Shown here one piece after another: positions 25,880 through 39,840 of a stretch of DNA of 64,000 nt (positions are counted from its first letter, which is position 1; each line of letters opens with the position of its first letter). The notes below the pieces were generated by a model. The model was not told the origin of the DNA and made no database searches. It saw only the letters and a list, made by a program, of their open reading frames with translations. The stretch comes from Camelus ferus (lineage: Eukaryota). The stretch spans positions 26,848,001 to 26,912,000 of the forward strand of contig NC_045696.1 in assembly GCF_009834535.1 (NCBI RefSeq), written 5' to 3'. The position numbers were made by a program, and so were the translations under genes.

Positions 25880-27420
25880 AGAATATGACGCTGAATAGGC
25901 GTTTTATTCCAGGAAACCAAGCACATACTGGAATACAATAACAATGAAGGAAGACTCCAATATCTTGAAATGAGAATGCTATGACCCTAATGACCACACA
26001 GTCATAAGCACCCTGGTCCAGAAAGAAACAAAAAGGAAAGCTGGATCATATATAATCCAGTGATGCATACATATCTTATTGCAAACTCAGAGACTTCACA
26101 CTTGTGTAGGGGAGCCTGACCAAAAAAGTATGCAGAAAAATAGTAGACAAATCAATTCAAGTTTTAATAGGTGACATTAAAATTAAAGGAATGGTTAATG
26201 TAGAGAGTGATCTACTTTAAGGTAGTCACTGAAGTCTTCCTTGAGAAGATGTATTATGTATTTATTTCTACATTAGTGATTTAAAGCAACACACACTTAT
26301 TATTTCACAGTTTCTCTGTCTAGAGTCTTGTATAGGCTTAACTTGATTCTCTGCCTTGAGGTTTCTCAGAAGACTATAATCAAGGTGTCTGTCAGGGCTA
26401 ATGTCTCATCTGGAGGCTTGACTGTGGAAAGGATCCTCTCCCAACCTCAATTATGTGATTGTTCACAAGATTCAATTCTGTTTGGGTTATTGGACTCAGG
26501 ACTTTAGTAGATAGCTTTTGTCAGGATCTGCCTTGAGTCCTTACCACCTGATTTGCCAACATGGCAAATGGAAGTGAAATCTCCTCTAGGTTGAGCTATT
26601 CTATTGGTCAAAAGAAAGTAACTAAAAGGGAAGGGATAACACAAGGCCATGAATACCAGGGGACACGGTTCATTTGGGGCCATAGTAGTCATTAGCTACC
26701 ACCTCAGCTCAACCATGAGAAAAATAAGGGTAGGAGTGACCCAGTCAAAAGGAAATGCTCAAGGTCCAAAGTGGAAAAGCCTTCAAGTGTTCAAGAAACT
26801 GAAAGAAGACAGAATAACTAGAAAATTATGACTGGTGGGGAGAGTGTTAACTGCAGTTAGGTCAGGAAGTCCTTATAGGCTCTAAGTAGTTTAATTTTAT
26901 TCTAAATGTAAGGAGATCTATTCAAGGTTCTTTGGCAGGGGAGTCACATAATTTCCTTTACTCTCTCAGCAGACAACTGAGCCTGTTATGCGGAGAATGG
27001 AAAGGATGTCACAGTAGTGGTGGTGATCAGCTGATAATAGAGGCAAGATAATTGAGAATGTTCTGGGTTAAGGTGATGACAATGGCAAAAGAAAACAGAC
27101 AACACACTCAAGGTATATTTAAGAATTGCTGCCAACATGGCTTAAATGTGGAGAGTGAGAAAAAGGGAGAATTTAATTATTGCTAAGTTTCTGGCTTTAG
27201 CACAGGGCTGGGAGGCATGATTGTACCATTAACTGAGATGAAAATTCTGTAAAGTGGGAATAAGAAATCAATTTGAATTAGGAGCAAATCATAAGTTTAA
27301 TTTTGGATATATTAAAGTTGAGATGTCTGTGATACTTTACGTGGAAATGTCAAATAGGCAGTCGGAAACAAAAATCTGGAGCTCAGAAACATTCAGGTGA
27401 ATATTTAATTATATGAAACC
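25880..27420 (-). mobile_element. L2 LINE relic, interrupted by an MLT1 LTR
   Basis: 'ttttattctaaatgtaaggagatc', 'taccattaactgagatg', 'ttttggatatattaaagttgagatgtctgtg..gtggaaatgtcaaataggcagtcgga' are typical L2 antisense blocks. Confidence 0.7.
26249..26703 (-). mobile_element. MLT1F/G-like MaLR LTR
   Basis: 'ttaaagcaacacacacttattatttcacagtttct', 'tctcatctggaggcttgactg', 'acaaggccatgaataccagggg..tcatttggggccat'. Confidence 0.8.
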
Positions 27421-29749
27421 GGTGAAGTTTAGACATAACCAAACACTGTAGGAGATGTGCAGAAATAAATAAAATTATATTTAGGTTTGAGCCCCAGATC
27501 TTCCATCAAATAGTTGCATGCTTTTAGGCCAGCCATGTTATAACTTTAAGCCTTTGTTTGTCAGTTGTCAATACATGTATGCTTTTATATTTGTGAAATG
27601 TAAGGTACACAATGTCTCCAGAGAATTATTATGCAATTAACAGTGTGACTTTGGTCAAACCTCATAAACTCTCTGAGCCTCAATTCTCTCTGGTGAAACA
27701 TGAACAGTTAGCACCCTATGAGATCTGAGGTCCCTTCCAGTTTCAAAATTCTGAGTCTATGGTTGAACTACAGTGTATATTCAGAATTACATTGAATTAT
27801 GTCCTATTTTAAAAGAATATCTTAAAATGAATAAGCATCAAAAAGCTTTTTAATGTTAAAAATGAATATTTAATTTAGCTTCTAATTAGTGCACTGAATC
27901 TAGTATGCATCTATCTTCAAATATTTTAATATAATTGTTATTATATGGAAAGAAATAAGGACTGAAGTAAATATAAGCCATGGAAGTTTTATTACATATT
28001 TTAGCATAATAGATACTCAGCATTAGATAGTAACTATCTACTTTCACGATTCCCTTACTATCTTCACACCCACAATAATACACAATCAGAATATATTTAA
28101 TAAGTTCCCCCAAAGAAGGTAAGTGAAAAGAAATCATCTGTTTTTCATTTTACATTGGGCCAAAAGAATCCAACCCTTCTATTTAAAAACAAAAATTATT
28201 GTATTGGCCTTAATTATCCAAATTGGCTATTTTTTTTCTTTAGCACTTACCTTTGTTGCTTTCTTTATCAAGCCCAGTCTTGATTAGCCCTATTATGATT
28301 ATAGAGTTAATGTGCCTTTTACCAAAATTAACCTTATTGTAAAATAGACAATCATCTTAACAATATTTGCATATCTGTTCAGTATGAGAAGTCATGAGTT
28401 AAAATGCTCATGACTTTTCAAAAAGCAACAAATTCATTATCTAAGCATTATAATTCACTGTTGTAACATATAAACATTAGCAACTGCTTAAGCTATTAAG
28501 CAAATACTCTGATTTGAATTTAATTTCTCTGTTTCCTTCATCACAATGGTTCATTTTCCACAATGGTTCTTATGTATGTAGATTTTTTTCTTTGGCAATT
28601 AAAATGTAGCTATTTTTAGGGAAGTGATTATAAAATTTCCACCATGGAATTCTGTACTTTTTCTCCCTCAACGACCCCTTATACCATTTGTTTGTTCGTG
28701 GCTTTAGTATGACAAACAGGATAGAATCAAAGAATCGCCGTGTTTTCTCATTTCATTTCCCCTTTCCCCATGGCAATTTGTTACAGTTGTTGGCTAAAGT
28801 GCTAAAAATTAATAAATAGATAAAATGAAAATGGTTTGCCCCCAGGTTCTATCACTCCCATAAAAACACTAGCTGTAAACTCTTAAAAAAAGAGTTAGGT
28901 GACATTAGTAGCCCACCTATGTTAGCCTGCTTCTTTCAATACTTCGGACTATTCTATAAAGCTTTTACAGACAGCGCATGTTTGGTTTTCATTATTCTTA
29001 GCCAAATAAACCGTGACAAAACAGTAAACACATTTATCTCACATTTTGATCTAATTTTAATTAGAATGATAAAAATATAAAGATGGTATCAAAAGTGTGA
29101 GGCAAAGAAACAATTTCCAATTATACATTTAGTATGATTTGAGACTGATGAAATGTTTATCCTTGGCTATGTCTCTATCTTGGAAGGCAGAATATGAGCA
29201 CAGACTGTCCAATGACACCTGATGGAGAGGTAAGTCCAACCTTTCTTGTACTTCAGTTTTGTGAAAAATGGTGAAACCTTCCCTCTTCATGAGAATGCTT
29301 GTTTTGAGACTCATATAAGCATGTGGGCATATGAATTAGAGGAGAAAATTCATGAGAAAATTATTTGAATGCCAGTATTTAATACTTTAGTGAGCTTCTA
29401 GCTCAAGAGTTCTTATAATTTAGTTCAAATTTCCAACTCTCATTTGCCTCATTGCTGTAGTTTTAAATCATGTGATTCATTTTTCCCCTCACAGATAGAG
29501 CTATTAATCAGAAAACTGAGTCCTTGCCTTTGAATTTTTTCATTAGTGCTTTTCCTGAAAGTTGGAGCTGCTCACAACATCTTCCCTACACTGATCCTTC
29601 AAATACTTTGTTATCAGTTTCTCAATGTCTTCAGCCTCTGGAGCTTCAACTGCATTTACTTCTTGCCCCCAAGCACCACAGCCACAATTTGACTCCGATA
29701 TCTTTTTAAATTTTTCCTCCTCCAAAATCTTCAACCTAACATTTTCCTA

Positions 29750-31800
29750 CAATCTCTTGTACTTTCAGTACTATGTTACTTCACTCTTAAAAACTTACTT
29801 AAAAAGTGATTATTTTCACAAGGTTATAGTGCATATTTTAAAAGGTCAAATCGTTTACAAGGCTTTTTGGGTTGACTCATTTCCTGTTCCCCATCTCTAT
29901 TAGCAAATTTTTAAAAATATATCTTCTTTTCTATAAATAATTTGATATTAACACCTTTTGATTTTTATCTACTAGATATTATCTATTGATTATTTCTATA
30001 TGAACGCTTAGGACTTAGCCTTTTCACCATATCCACTTTAGGCAAAAAAAAATTTTCCCAATATAGTTCTGATTTAAATTTTATTAGATCATTATTCAGT
30101 GTTTGAAACAGTTTATCTTTGTCGATATTTATAGCAGACTCATGTAAAATATTATACGTTTCTTTCTTTGCCCAACTTTTTGTTTTACCGGAAATTAATT
30201 GTATTGTTTTCAGCATTTGCAGTTTTCAATTCAATGCAAATGTTCACCGAGTTGAAAACATTTCCTTTTAATATTTTCAAATATATTAATTCTTCTATTA
30301 TCTCTAATCCTCTTTCAGAAATCTCTTCCGCAGCTTTTTACCCTTCCCCAAACTGAATTGATAATTTCTAAGGCTACACAGCTGTTGTGTCGGAATTCCC
30401 TTCACCGTCATTCTGGGGGTACCCGACACTTCTCCGGTGTGGGATATTCTTTTTCCTGGATCTCATGTTACCCTTTCCATTCACTCCCTGATAACAAAGG
30501 TGGTTATCTTTCTGAAATGGGGTTCAATTCAATCAGTTTTTTGAGCTTGTAAGTCTGAAAAGGTTTTTTTCTACCTTTAAACTTATTTGATAGTTTAACT
30601 GTGCAGTTAATTTTGAGATGGAAAATTTTCCTCAGAGTTTTGGTGCAATATCCCATCATCTTTTAGCTTCTAGTGTTGAGTACTGTTGGGTAGTTTGATA
30701 CGACTCTTGTTTCTTTTTCCTTTGTATAAAAACATTTCTTTTTTTCCTGTTTGGAAATCTGTAGATAAATATCTGTCCACAGTATTCAGAAATTTCATTG
30801 TGGAACTGGGAATGCATCAATTTTCATAAATTTTACTGGGCGACTAGTTGGCTATTCAATTGAGAAATATAGAATTGTGGGAATATCTTAAATCATTTAT
30901 TTGATAATTCCTTCCTCTCCTTTCCTTTGTCGTGTCTTTCTAGAACTCATATTGCTCAGCTATTAGGCCTCCTAGTCCAATCCTTTAATTTTTTTTTGTT
31001 TTCTTTTTTAGTTTCTCAGAGTTTTTTTTTTCAGTCTGCAGGTACTTTCTGGAAGATTTTCTCAACTTTAAATTCCATCCCTCCCGGGAAGTTATTCATT
31101 TTTTGGCCCTCATATTTTTAATTGCCAAAAGCTATTTTTATTTGTTTACTGTTCTTTTTTGAATACAATATTTCTTGTCTCTATAAATTTATAAATGAGT
31201 TTTCTTTCTGCAAGTTTCTTATTGCATGGTTTCTTTTTCTTTTCTTTTTTTTCATAGTTTCTTTTTCTTAAAGTTGCTTTTTCTGCCTGAAGACTTGGTG
31301 ACAGGCTGCATATCAGACTCTTTCCTTTGCTGTCTGATGTTCATAAGCTTTCAGTTAAATCCATTATTTTCCATCTCTCTTTCCTCAGCTGGGCTGGAGG
31401 CCTTTGCTTTACCTACTCCAGAGAGTGAACAAGAGCTCTGGTGTTCTATGGGCTTGGACAGAAGCAGCTGTACAAAAGTGGAAGAAGGAATTTAGTGCTC
31501 TGATAACTTTCCTGGTGTCCTAATACCACTGGAATTGGACAAACACTTGTGCATTGAAGGAATTTCTGATATGAAATAATTACTTCAAGGCTTTCTTAAC
31601 TGCTGATTAGGGTCTGCTTTCTTAAGACTGCTATATCATTCACCAGTCCCTCACCCATCTGCTTTCCAGTTTCCTTTTTTTTTTTTTTTTTTTTTGCTGT
31701 TTTCTTTGCTTGCATTGTCTTTGTGCTGTAGATTTAGGTCTTAAAAATATTTATTGACCATTATTTTAGCGGAGTTTTGGGAATGATAAAACTAAATGAG
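29750..31800 (-). mobile_element. Ancient L1M relic (ORF1/inter-ORF region), heavily decayed
   Basis: T-rich antisense L1 blocks such as 'gtctgaaaaggtttt..ttgatagtttaactg', 'atcttttagcttctagtgttg', 'cagtattcagaaatttca'. Confidence 0.6.
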
Positions 31801-31899
31801 AATGTATATATTTTACCCAAGATGCAAACTTACTCATCAATTTGATGGTGGAATTTACCTTCTTGACCTACTACTTACTTTCCCAACCACTGGTGTTCT

Positions 31900-33480
31900 A
31901 GCTACTATGCCCAGATCTCCAGCCATTACTCACTATTTCAGTTAGATCATTTTAGAGATTTAAATCTTCTGCATCATTAATTTACTTTCATCTACATACT
32001 GTCAATTCTGGAAAATAGAATGCTTCATCCCTCCCTGAACTCCCCACCCAATCCATTTTCCTCTTGTCACAAAGTATTACTAGAAAAAATCGTGAAACCA
32101 CATAATCAAATTTTATTCCAAATCTGTAATTACAATTGAGTTTTACTTTTTTGCAACCCTCATTTTGCCTATATAATTGAAGTCCTAAAGAAGCAGCTAA
32201 ATTCTTTCTTGTCTTCTAATACTGTTGAAACTACTCTGATCATCTCCTCATCATTCTGCAAATAAGTGGAGACAATGGAAAACTTCCCACATTTCTTCTC
32301 TCCACTTCAATCCTTCTTCTTCAACCATCATTTCTCCTACCTTGTCATCTACAAAGTACAACAGCCTTTTCCCCCCTTACTCTAATGCCACTATTTGTGC
32401 CAAAGGCTCCATTTTATCCCACTTTCTCCTGTTCTATGTTCCAATTACTGTATCTTCTCATCCTGGTGTCTGCAGTAAGTCCCAGAATGTTTGGATCCAT
32501 TCTGTACTAATAACAAAACAACAATAAAACCTTTATTTACATGCATGTCCCTTCAGTTTGCTGCCGTATCTCTCCTCTCTTCTCTGTCACCATATTTCTG
32601 GTAATAGTATTCCATAGCACCCATTAAATCTTATTCCTATAAAATCCATTTTCTACCCAGTACTTTACTAAAACTTGCTTTTGAAGGTAAGCAAGAAGTC
32701 CTTGCAGAGACATTTTATCCTTTTACACCTTCCTTAATATCCCTACAGGACTTGAAATTATTCATTACAACCTCCTTCTTAAAACTCTTTCCTCCTTTGG
32801 CTTCCATACCACCACATGCTGTTTTGCTTCTTTCCACTATTTCCGTACTCTTGTTGCTTGTTACCTTTACTCCTCTTTCCTAATCATTGTCAGCAAGTTT
32901 CAGTGTTCATTCTTCAACTCATTTTGGATTACCTCCTCCATAGCATTTTCTTCTCTTGATTTTGAGTTTTCCCATGGCTTTGGCAGTCACTTCAAGTAAA
33001 TGAGTTCAGAAGTTAATACCAGTCTGCACCACTGCACCTGTAAATTTCCAACAGATGCTGGGAAAGATTTCTGGTATCCATACACCAATATATTCAAAGC
33101 TGAATTTGTCGAATTTCCCTATACTTTATCATCTGGACTTCCTCCTAGGACCTCCTTATTCTGTTAACAGCATCATTATTCTTCTAGTTAGCAAAACAAA
33201 AAAATCTCAGTGCCATCTTTCATTTCTGTCTTTCATTGCAACTATTCTTTATATAAAACTGGTGAATATTGATTATACTTTTTAAAGATATCTATCAAAT
33301 TTCCTCTTTCCTTCTTATTCCCCTTGTCATTACCTATTTCGGATCCTTCTTATCACTCACCCAGACTATCACACTCACCTATATTACCTTTAAGCTTTCT
33401 ATCTTTATGAACCATTTTTTACTCATTTATCAGAGTAATAACTTCAAATCATAGCTGAATCATGTCACTTCCATCCATGG
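31900..33480 (+). mobile_element. L2 LINE relic
   Basis: 'ctccttcttaaaactctttcctcctttggcttccatac', 'cccatggctttggcagtcac', 'tgaatcatgtcacttcc'. Confidence 0.7.
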
Positions 33481-34309
33481 ATGTCAAGATAGAAATAATT
33501 TAATAAGGACTTAGAATATAAGTGCAAAGTGTGCAAAGCTGAATAATGCATAGTACTTATTTATTCTTTTGCTTTTTTAGGGGTGGTTGGATTTTTTTTT
33601 TTTTTTTTTTTTTTTGCTTCAAGAAGCTTTTTGTTGTTTGCTACTATCTTCTCAAATATATTATTTTCACTGATAAGATTTTGTTCACATTTTAATAGGT
33701 TTTAAGTTTCAGGTTTTAATTTTTTCAAACTTCAGAGCTATTTCAGTGTCTATTCCCTTACCTATGGTAGACTCTGGGAGTACCTCTGTAAATAAAAAAA
33801 AAATATTTATTAAATGGATTTTTTAGCCAAAGAGGCCTGTACCCTATAATCCTACTGTTCAATATCAAAAACACTGACCAATGCTTTTAATTTGTCTTTT
33901 TTTCTTTTACATGACCAAATAGTTAGCAACTTCAAACTACATCACTCTGTATCTCCTTGTGCAGAAGGGTAGCCATATACTTATTCACCACCCTCATGCT
34001 GGAAGCAAACTCTTTAAGGAATATTACTCCCTTAATTCCATTCCCCAAGCATCAAAGGATCAAAGAGAAATATATTAGGCAATCTGTAGAAAACTAATGT
34101 TTTCATATCTCCAAACTGACTACTGATATTTAGCAAACTGGGATGACAAATACAAATATTAATAAGAATTTGTTGGAGTAGCAGTTAAGTAGGAGTCAGC
34201 TAGTCGTATATCTTTCTTCTTCATTTTCTCCTTAACTGCTTTAGTAGAAATTGCACATTAATAACTAAATAGTAAAAAAAAAAAAAAAAAAAAGGGAAAA
34301 TTTTTAAAA

Positions 34310-34720
34310 CAAATATGACTGACAAAGGAGTAATAGCCTACATTTACACACACATAAATATACATGCACACACTGGGAGACAAAGAGAAAAAGACATCTA
34401 AAGTTTAATAAGAAAACAAGGCTAACTACTCATTAAATGAGAAAAAGACATGAATGGGCAAGTTTCATACATACATAAATCAAAATGGTAAATTTTGGTA
34501 AATTTGTTTAGGTAAATATGTTTACTCTCCAGATAAATTAAAAATGTAAAAGTAAAATCATGTGTTATAAGTGTACACATATGAATCAACAAAGTTTTAA
34601 AAGAATGTTAATGCAGTAATAGAAAAGGTGTGGAGAAGGAGTCACCTGTAAACTACTGCGAATGTGAAAACTGGCACCTGTTTTCTAACAGGCTATTTAA
34701 TGATACATATTACCAAATAA
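34310..34720 (+). mobile_element. Old L1 ORF2 3' fragment
   Basis: 'aaatatgactgacaaaggagtaatagcct', 'aaagacatgaatgggcaagtttca', 'aaggtgtggagaagg'. Confidence 0.55.
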
Positions 34721-34999
34721 TAAGAAGCAAAAATGTTAATTTATAATTTATAATGAGTATAACCTATGAAAAAATTTATAGATCTTTTGGATTAAGTGTG
34801 TGCTATTCAAATAGGGAAGCTAAAATCTGTTTTACCAATTATATGGGAATTTTTTTTTCTAGAAATAGTCAATACCACCCTATTTCATCTATAAAATTCT
34901 AATAGTTTTTACTTCTTATAACTGAAAATTAAAATTACATGCTAGCTCATAATAATTGTTATCAATATATATATTTGCCTTTCATTAAATAGAAAAATA

Positions 35000-36135
35000 T
35001 TGCTTGTGATGTTTAATGAAATTAATAGAGATATTTCTGAACTTTTATCTATGACTATTTCTTAACTATTCCTCAAAACTTAACAATAGAATTGAAAATA
35101 TGCATATACATATATTTATGAAAGAAATATCATATAATTATATTTTGCCTCCTAAATGACTGACAGTTTTAGCTTCATATAGCATTGGATTATTTAAAAA
35201 TATCAGTAAAAAGAAACAGCCATTAGACTTATGATTGTTTTATAACTTATAAATGTGCATAGCTTTATTAAATTAGATTATATTGATTGCTTTTAGTATT
35301 CTTTTTTACAGGCTGTTTTCAGTATTTAATTTGGTTTTTGATATTTTTGTAATATTCCTTACAACACATTTACCGTATCTATTTGAATTTTTAATTACAT
35401 CATGTGCTTGTTTTTGTTTTTTCCTGACAGAAAATAAGTCTGATGTGACTAGTTAGTTTGACACTGAAAACTGGCTCTGACAAGTAGGTTAATATTGTAG
35501 ATATTTTCCCTAAAATGAATGGGGTAAATCTGAAGTTCCAACATTTTGTCTATGGCCATACCACCCTGATCATGTCTGATGTCATCTGAAGTTCCAACAT
35601 TTTGACAAATATTTTTAAGGAACATGATAAGATAAAAGTATTTTATTTGAAAAAATAATATATTATAAAGTTATATTGAAATTAATTACTATTTTGATTT
35701 TCTCAGCACTTTCTGGCTATGTAGATTTGAACATTGTTTCTCTAAGTAAAAATATAACAATGTAATTATTAGTTATTTTATATGTTTGAATAAAATATTT
35801 TTGATATTTCTTCCACAAAATGAGAAAGAGAATGACTCAGATGCAATGTGCTCAATTATTATTTGTTTTCAATAAAGTTGCAGGAAGACCCAGTAAAATT
35901 GCAGCTATTAGGTTATCAAAAATATTTTTATAAAAACACTTTTTATTTTGAACATAATAAAAGGAGTTCAAAAAATAAATAAATAAAAGGAAATTGAAGG
36001 ATTCCCATTGATAACAAAATTCCTTCATCTTTTTGTTTATTTAATTAAGATAGTTCAGTGCTTACATTTGTAGACAGCAACAAAATAAAAACAAAACAGA
36101 AAGGAAGAACAATTGATGCTGAATCTATCTCATTT
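35000..36135 (+). mobile_element. hAT-Charlie transposase-coding relic
   Basis: Conceptual translation near 35460-35640 gives ENWL..(frameshift)IVDIFPKMNGVNLKFQ..(frameshift)IFKEHDKIKVF, resembling the hAT 'WL..LAYLADIF..LN.LNL.LQG..IF...DKI..F' block. Confidence 0.6.
35548..35589 (+). pseudogene. 3'-truncated (tailless) 5S rRNA retropseudogene, 5S nt 1-42
   Basis: gtctatggccataccaccctgatcatgtctgatgtcatctga versus mammalian 5S GTCTACGGCCATACCACCCTGAACGCGCCCGATCTCGTCTGA: 34/42 identical, 5 of 8 changes at CpG. Flanked by a 21-bp direct repeat. Confidence 0.9.
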
Positions 36136-36164
36136 TAGAATTATTTACAAGTAGTAAATGTAAA

Positions 36165-36630
36165 TCCTGAACATTCTTCTTTCAGCTTCCTCAAATGTCA
36201 ACCTCGTATATAACCCCAAATGTAATAGTAATTAAGAAACTAACATCAATTCAATGCTAATTAACTGATCTTATTCAAGTAGCTTCAACCATCTGACTCA
36301 TGTCCTTTTTCTGGTCCAGGATCCAATCCCTGATCACACACTGCATTCAGTTATTATTCCTAACCACCTTTAATTTGAGAGGGTTCCTCAGTCTTTCTTT
36401 GTCTTTCATAATCTTGAGACTGTTGATGGGCAGTGGACGGTTATTTTGTAAAGTATTTCTCAATTTGAATTTGTATGATGTTTCTTCACAATTAAATTCA
36501 GGTTATACACTTTGGGCAGAATACAACAGAAATTCTGTGAAGAATACAACAGAAATGATGCTGTGTCCTTGTCAGGGCATCACATTAGGAGGCACGTGAT
36601 GTCGATATGTCTAATTACTGATGATTTATT
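36165..36630 (-). mobile_element. L1MC-type 3' UTR relic
   Basis: 'tttctggtccaggatccaatccctgatcacacactgcattcagtt', 'aaattcaggttatacactttgggcagaatacaacagaa', 'catcacattaggaggcacgtgatgtc'. Confidence 0.8.
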
Positions 36631-37111
36631 TTAAAATGTCAATATGCAAATACTATATTCTTTGCAAGTATTTATACTAATAAAAAGTGGAAGTCAACTG
36701 AAACATACAAGAGGATATTCAGTTTTTCAAAATTATTTTTAAAGTGTTTTAAGAATATTTATGTAGACAAGTTTATTGAGATTTTGAATTATAACGAGAA
36801 ACATGAACTATATGCAGGAATATATACGGTCAAGAGAGATTTCTTTTTTAAACAGGGAACACATTAGAACATATTTGTTTACTAGTGGGAATAATCCAAT
36901 AAAAGGCAGAAAATGTGATATTATTTTAAATTATGACTCATAAGAAACAAAATTTTCTGTTGTTATGATGTACCCACAAAGTGGAACACTATACAGCTTT
37001 TATAAATGATCATTATAATTGCTAATATAGAATGTTGTTTACTATTTTCTGTTCAGTAAAAATATCAAAATTTAAAATAACATGCATAATGTGAGTATAC
37101 TTATGAAGTAG

Positions 37112-37135
37112 GTGTGTGTGTGTGTGTGTGTGTGT
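37112..37135. repeat. (GT)n microsatellite
   Basis: About 12 GT units seen directly. Confidence 0.95.
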
Positions 37136-39439
37136 CTATTTGCTTAGAGAAACTTCTAGAAGAATGTTATTCTAAATGTTACCAAGTCTAAAATTGAATC
37201 TCTCTGCTTGGTGGACACACATTGTTACTATGGAATAGTGTATTCTAATTTTAAGAATACAAAGCCTTAATGTTGGTTAAAATTAACTGAATGTTTAGAT
37301 TATACTGGGAGATCGGTCTATATGGATTCAATATTCCCACTAAAAATACATATGTTTTCAAATATCAAGCTTTCTCTTTGCTCTAAAGATTCAGATAAAG
37401 ACTAAATATTCAGATACGTTGGGGACTTTTTACTTTTAAATGCACATTTATATAGAAATAGTAATTAGTAGATTAATTTTTTTCATCAAGTATTTGTTGT
37501 ATATTCATCAGGCACCAGGTACTCTTTAGGTGCTAAGAATACAAAGATGAACATCACAGTTAGCAGTAAAGAAGGTGTAGACTTACATACTATGATGCAA
37601 TGGGAAAAGACACTTAAACAGACTTACAATATCTATAATTTATAGAACATTCCATGTGGGTTTCACACATATCATCTCACTTCTGATGATGACCCTGGCC
37701 AGTAATTAGGAAAATAATGCTTATTCTTAGCAATCAAAAAACTGGATTTCAGAGAGTTTAAGTGTTTTTCTTAATTTCACAGGCTAGTAAGTATTAAGGC
37801 TACAATTTTAACCTAGATCTTCAAACTAAGTCTCTCTTTCACACACACACGCGCACGCGCGCTCTTAATTAAAATTTTATCTGTATTCCTCGAAACTGGC
37901 TACTCTTCATTTTACTGAATGACAAAATATTTGGAAGATTAGTTACACACTATTTAATCAGATTAGTATTGGTAGATCTTTGTATCTTCAGCATGAAAAG
38001 TTTTAAATGTCACTGTGAAATAATCTAAGGTTTTTAATAGTTAGAAATAAATTCAAGAAGTTGATTTTCTTTTTCTTTCATTTTTACCATTACAGCTTGT
38101 GATCACATTGTGTCATGACTGTACTGTCATTATAACACCTATAACATTTTCTTGAATGTATTTGTTTTTAATGTCAGCTCTGTGACGGTAGAGATTACTT
38201 CATATTCATCTTTTACTTTTCCCTATTCTCTAGATTACACTAAGGCATGTATTATGTGCTCAGAAGTGGTTTATTTGTTAAATAATTGAATGGATTCTCA
38301 GACCTTAACATTATTATGTACAAGAAACTAAAGGCATAGTGAATTCCATTATACCTAGTTAATCTTCAAATTACATAATTTATAAAGAGAAACCTAAAAC
38401 TTCTGTTTCTTCAAAGATTTTGCTTGATTTATTACTGAAAGTTTTATTTTATATTCCATTGTACTTAATAATTTTATCTTCATTTTATTTTTTTCACCTG
38501 TGTTTCTTGGGTAAAAACTATTACAAATATTTTATATATTGGAAAATAACATTAAATATACAATTTAGTAATATAGATATTAGTGTATATCATAGTCAAA
38601 TCATGACTCTGAAATAGACCAGCTACAAGTGAAATTGAATTTGGCCTACAAAATTCCCTTGAATACCATATTTACAAGGGGAAGGCAGTGTAGCTTGAGC
38701 ACACTTCTGTGGATTCACATGATATACTCTTTATCTAATTGGCAATTGAAAATGCAGTTACAAATATAGGTCCTTCGAGACTGTAGTTTTGGAACCCTAT
38801 TGCAAAATATAACCCTTAATTATCTTCATTCCTAATATGGCAATCCAGTGTATCCCAAGATATATTTCTTTCCCTGTAAGTAAAGCCTAAAAAAAAGTAA
38901 TTTTATTGACCTCAAAGTAGTGTGTGTCCATGACTCCAGAAAATAATTATTTTTTTCAAAGGTGTGTTCAGGGAACACTGAAGAGATTAAATTTAAAACT
39001 CCTTTTAAATGGTTCATGGAACAGCATTAATAGCTAGTCCAAAGGGACTTATGCTAATCTACTTTCTGTGGCTAAAACTAAGGATTTAATGAAAGTGATT
39101 TCTATAATGGATGGATAAAATAGAGTTTATTTTTGCAATTTTTTTCGTAACAAGGTAACATCAGCTCTCTTATGTTGTATTTTCATTATAGAAGTTAAGA
39201 AACAAATATATTTACTTATAGAATCATAAGGAATTCAATTTTTGCCTTAAAAAAATATTGCAGGTGGAAGTGGGCTAGTTAGTGGTGACCCTTCTCTAGT
39301 GTAATCAGAATTACAGGGCATTCTTCTCGAGCCTCAGTGAAACACTTCTCCTTGCATTTAGGTTCAAAAATAAAGTAAAATTTTAAATAACTGGAATGAA
39401 GGTACCTGTTCATTTCTGCTTCAATTCAGTTAGCTCTAC

Positions 39440-39840
39440 TGAATCCCTTTCTTATTCTTCTGAATTCTGCTCCAGCTCAAGTGACACTGTTTTTCTTCCT
39501 GCATCATGCTGTGCTCTGCTCTACTCTAGAATTTCAGCACAAGCTGTTCCCTCTGCCTGGAATTTCTTCACCAGTTCTTTGAAGAGTTGATTCCCTTCTC
39601 TCTCTTCAGGTCTTTTTGATTAAATGTTAGCTCCTCATTAATTTGGACCACTCTACTTTTACTAGTTATCATCACACTGTCATTAGCACTATCATCAAAT
39701 CTTTTTCTCCGTGATAACTCTTCACACTTGCAGTGACTGATTTATTTTTGTGTTATTGTCAGTTATTCTCCATACCTCCTTTCTAACCAGCCAGGGACCA
39801 GTACCATATTTGATACATAGTTGGTGACTGGTAAATATTT
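39440..39840 (+). mobile_element. L2 3' end relic
   Basis: 'gcacaagctgttccctctgcctggaat', 'tctcttcaggtct..gattaaatgtta', 'acatagttggtgactggtaaatattt'. Confidence 0.7.

Noticed and set aside
28389..28416. 10-bp hairpin aagtcatgag/ctcatgactt
   Set aside because: Isolated and short, with no ncRNA or MITE context.
35548..35589. Functional 5S rRNA gene
   Set aside because: Only 42 of ~120 nt, CpG-decayed, and lacking the internal promoter and terminator.
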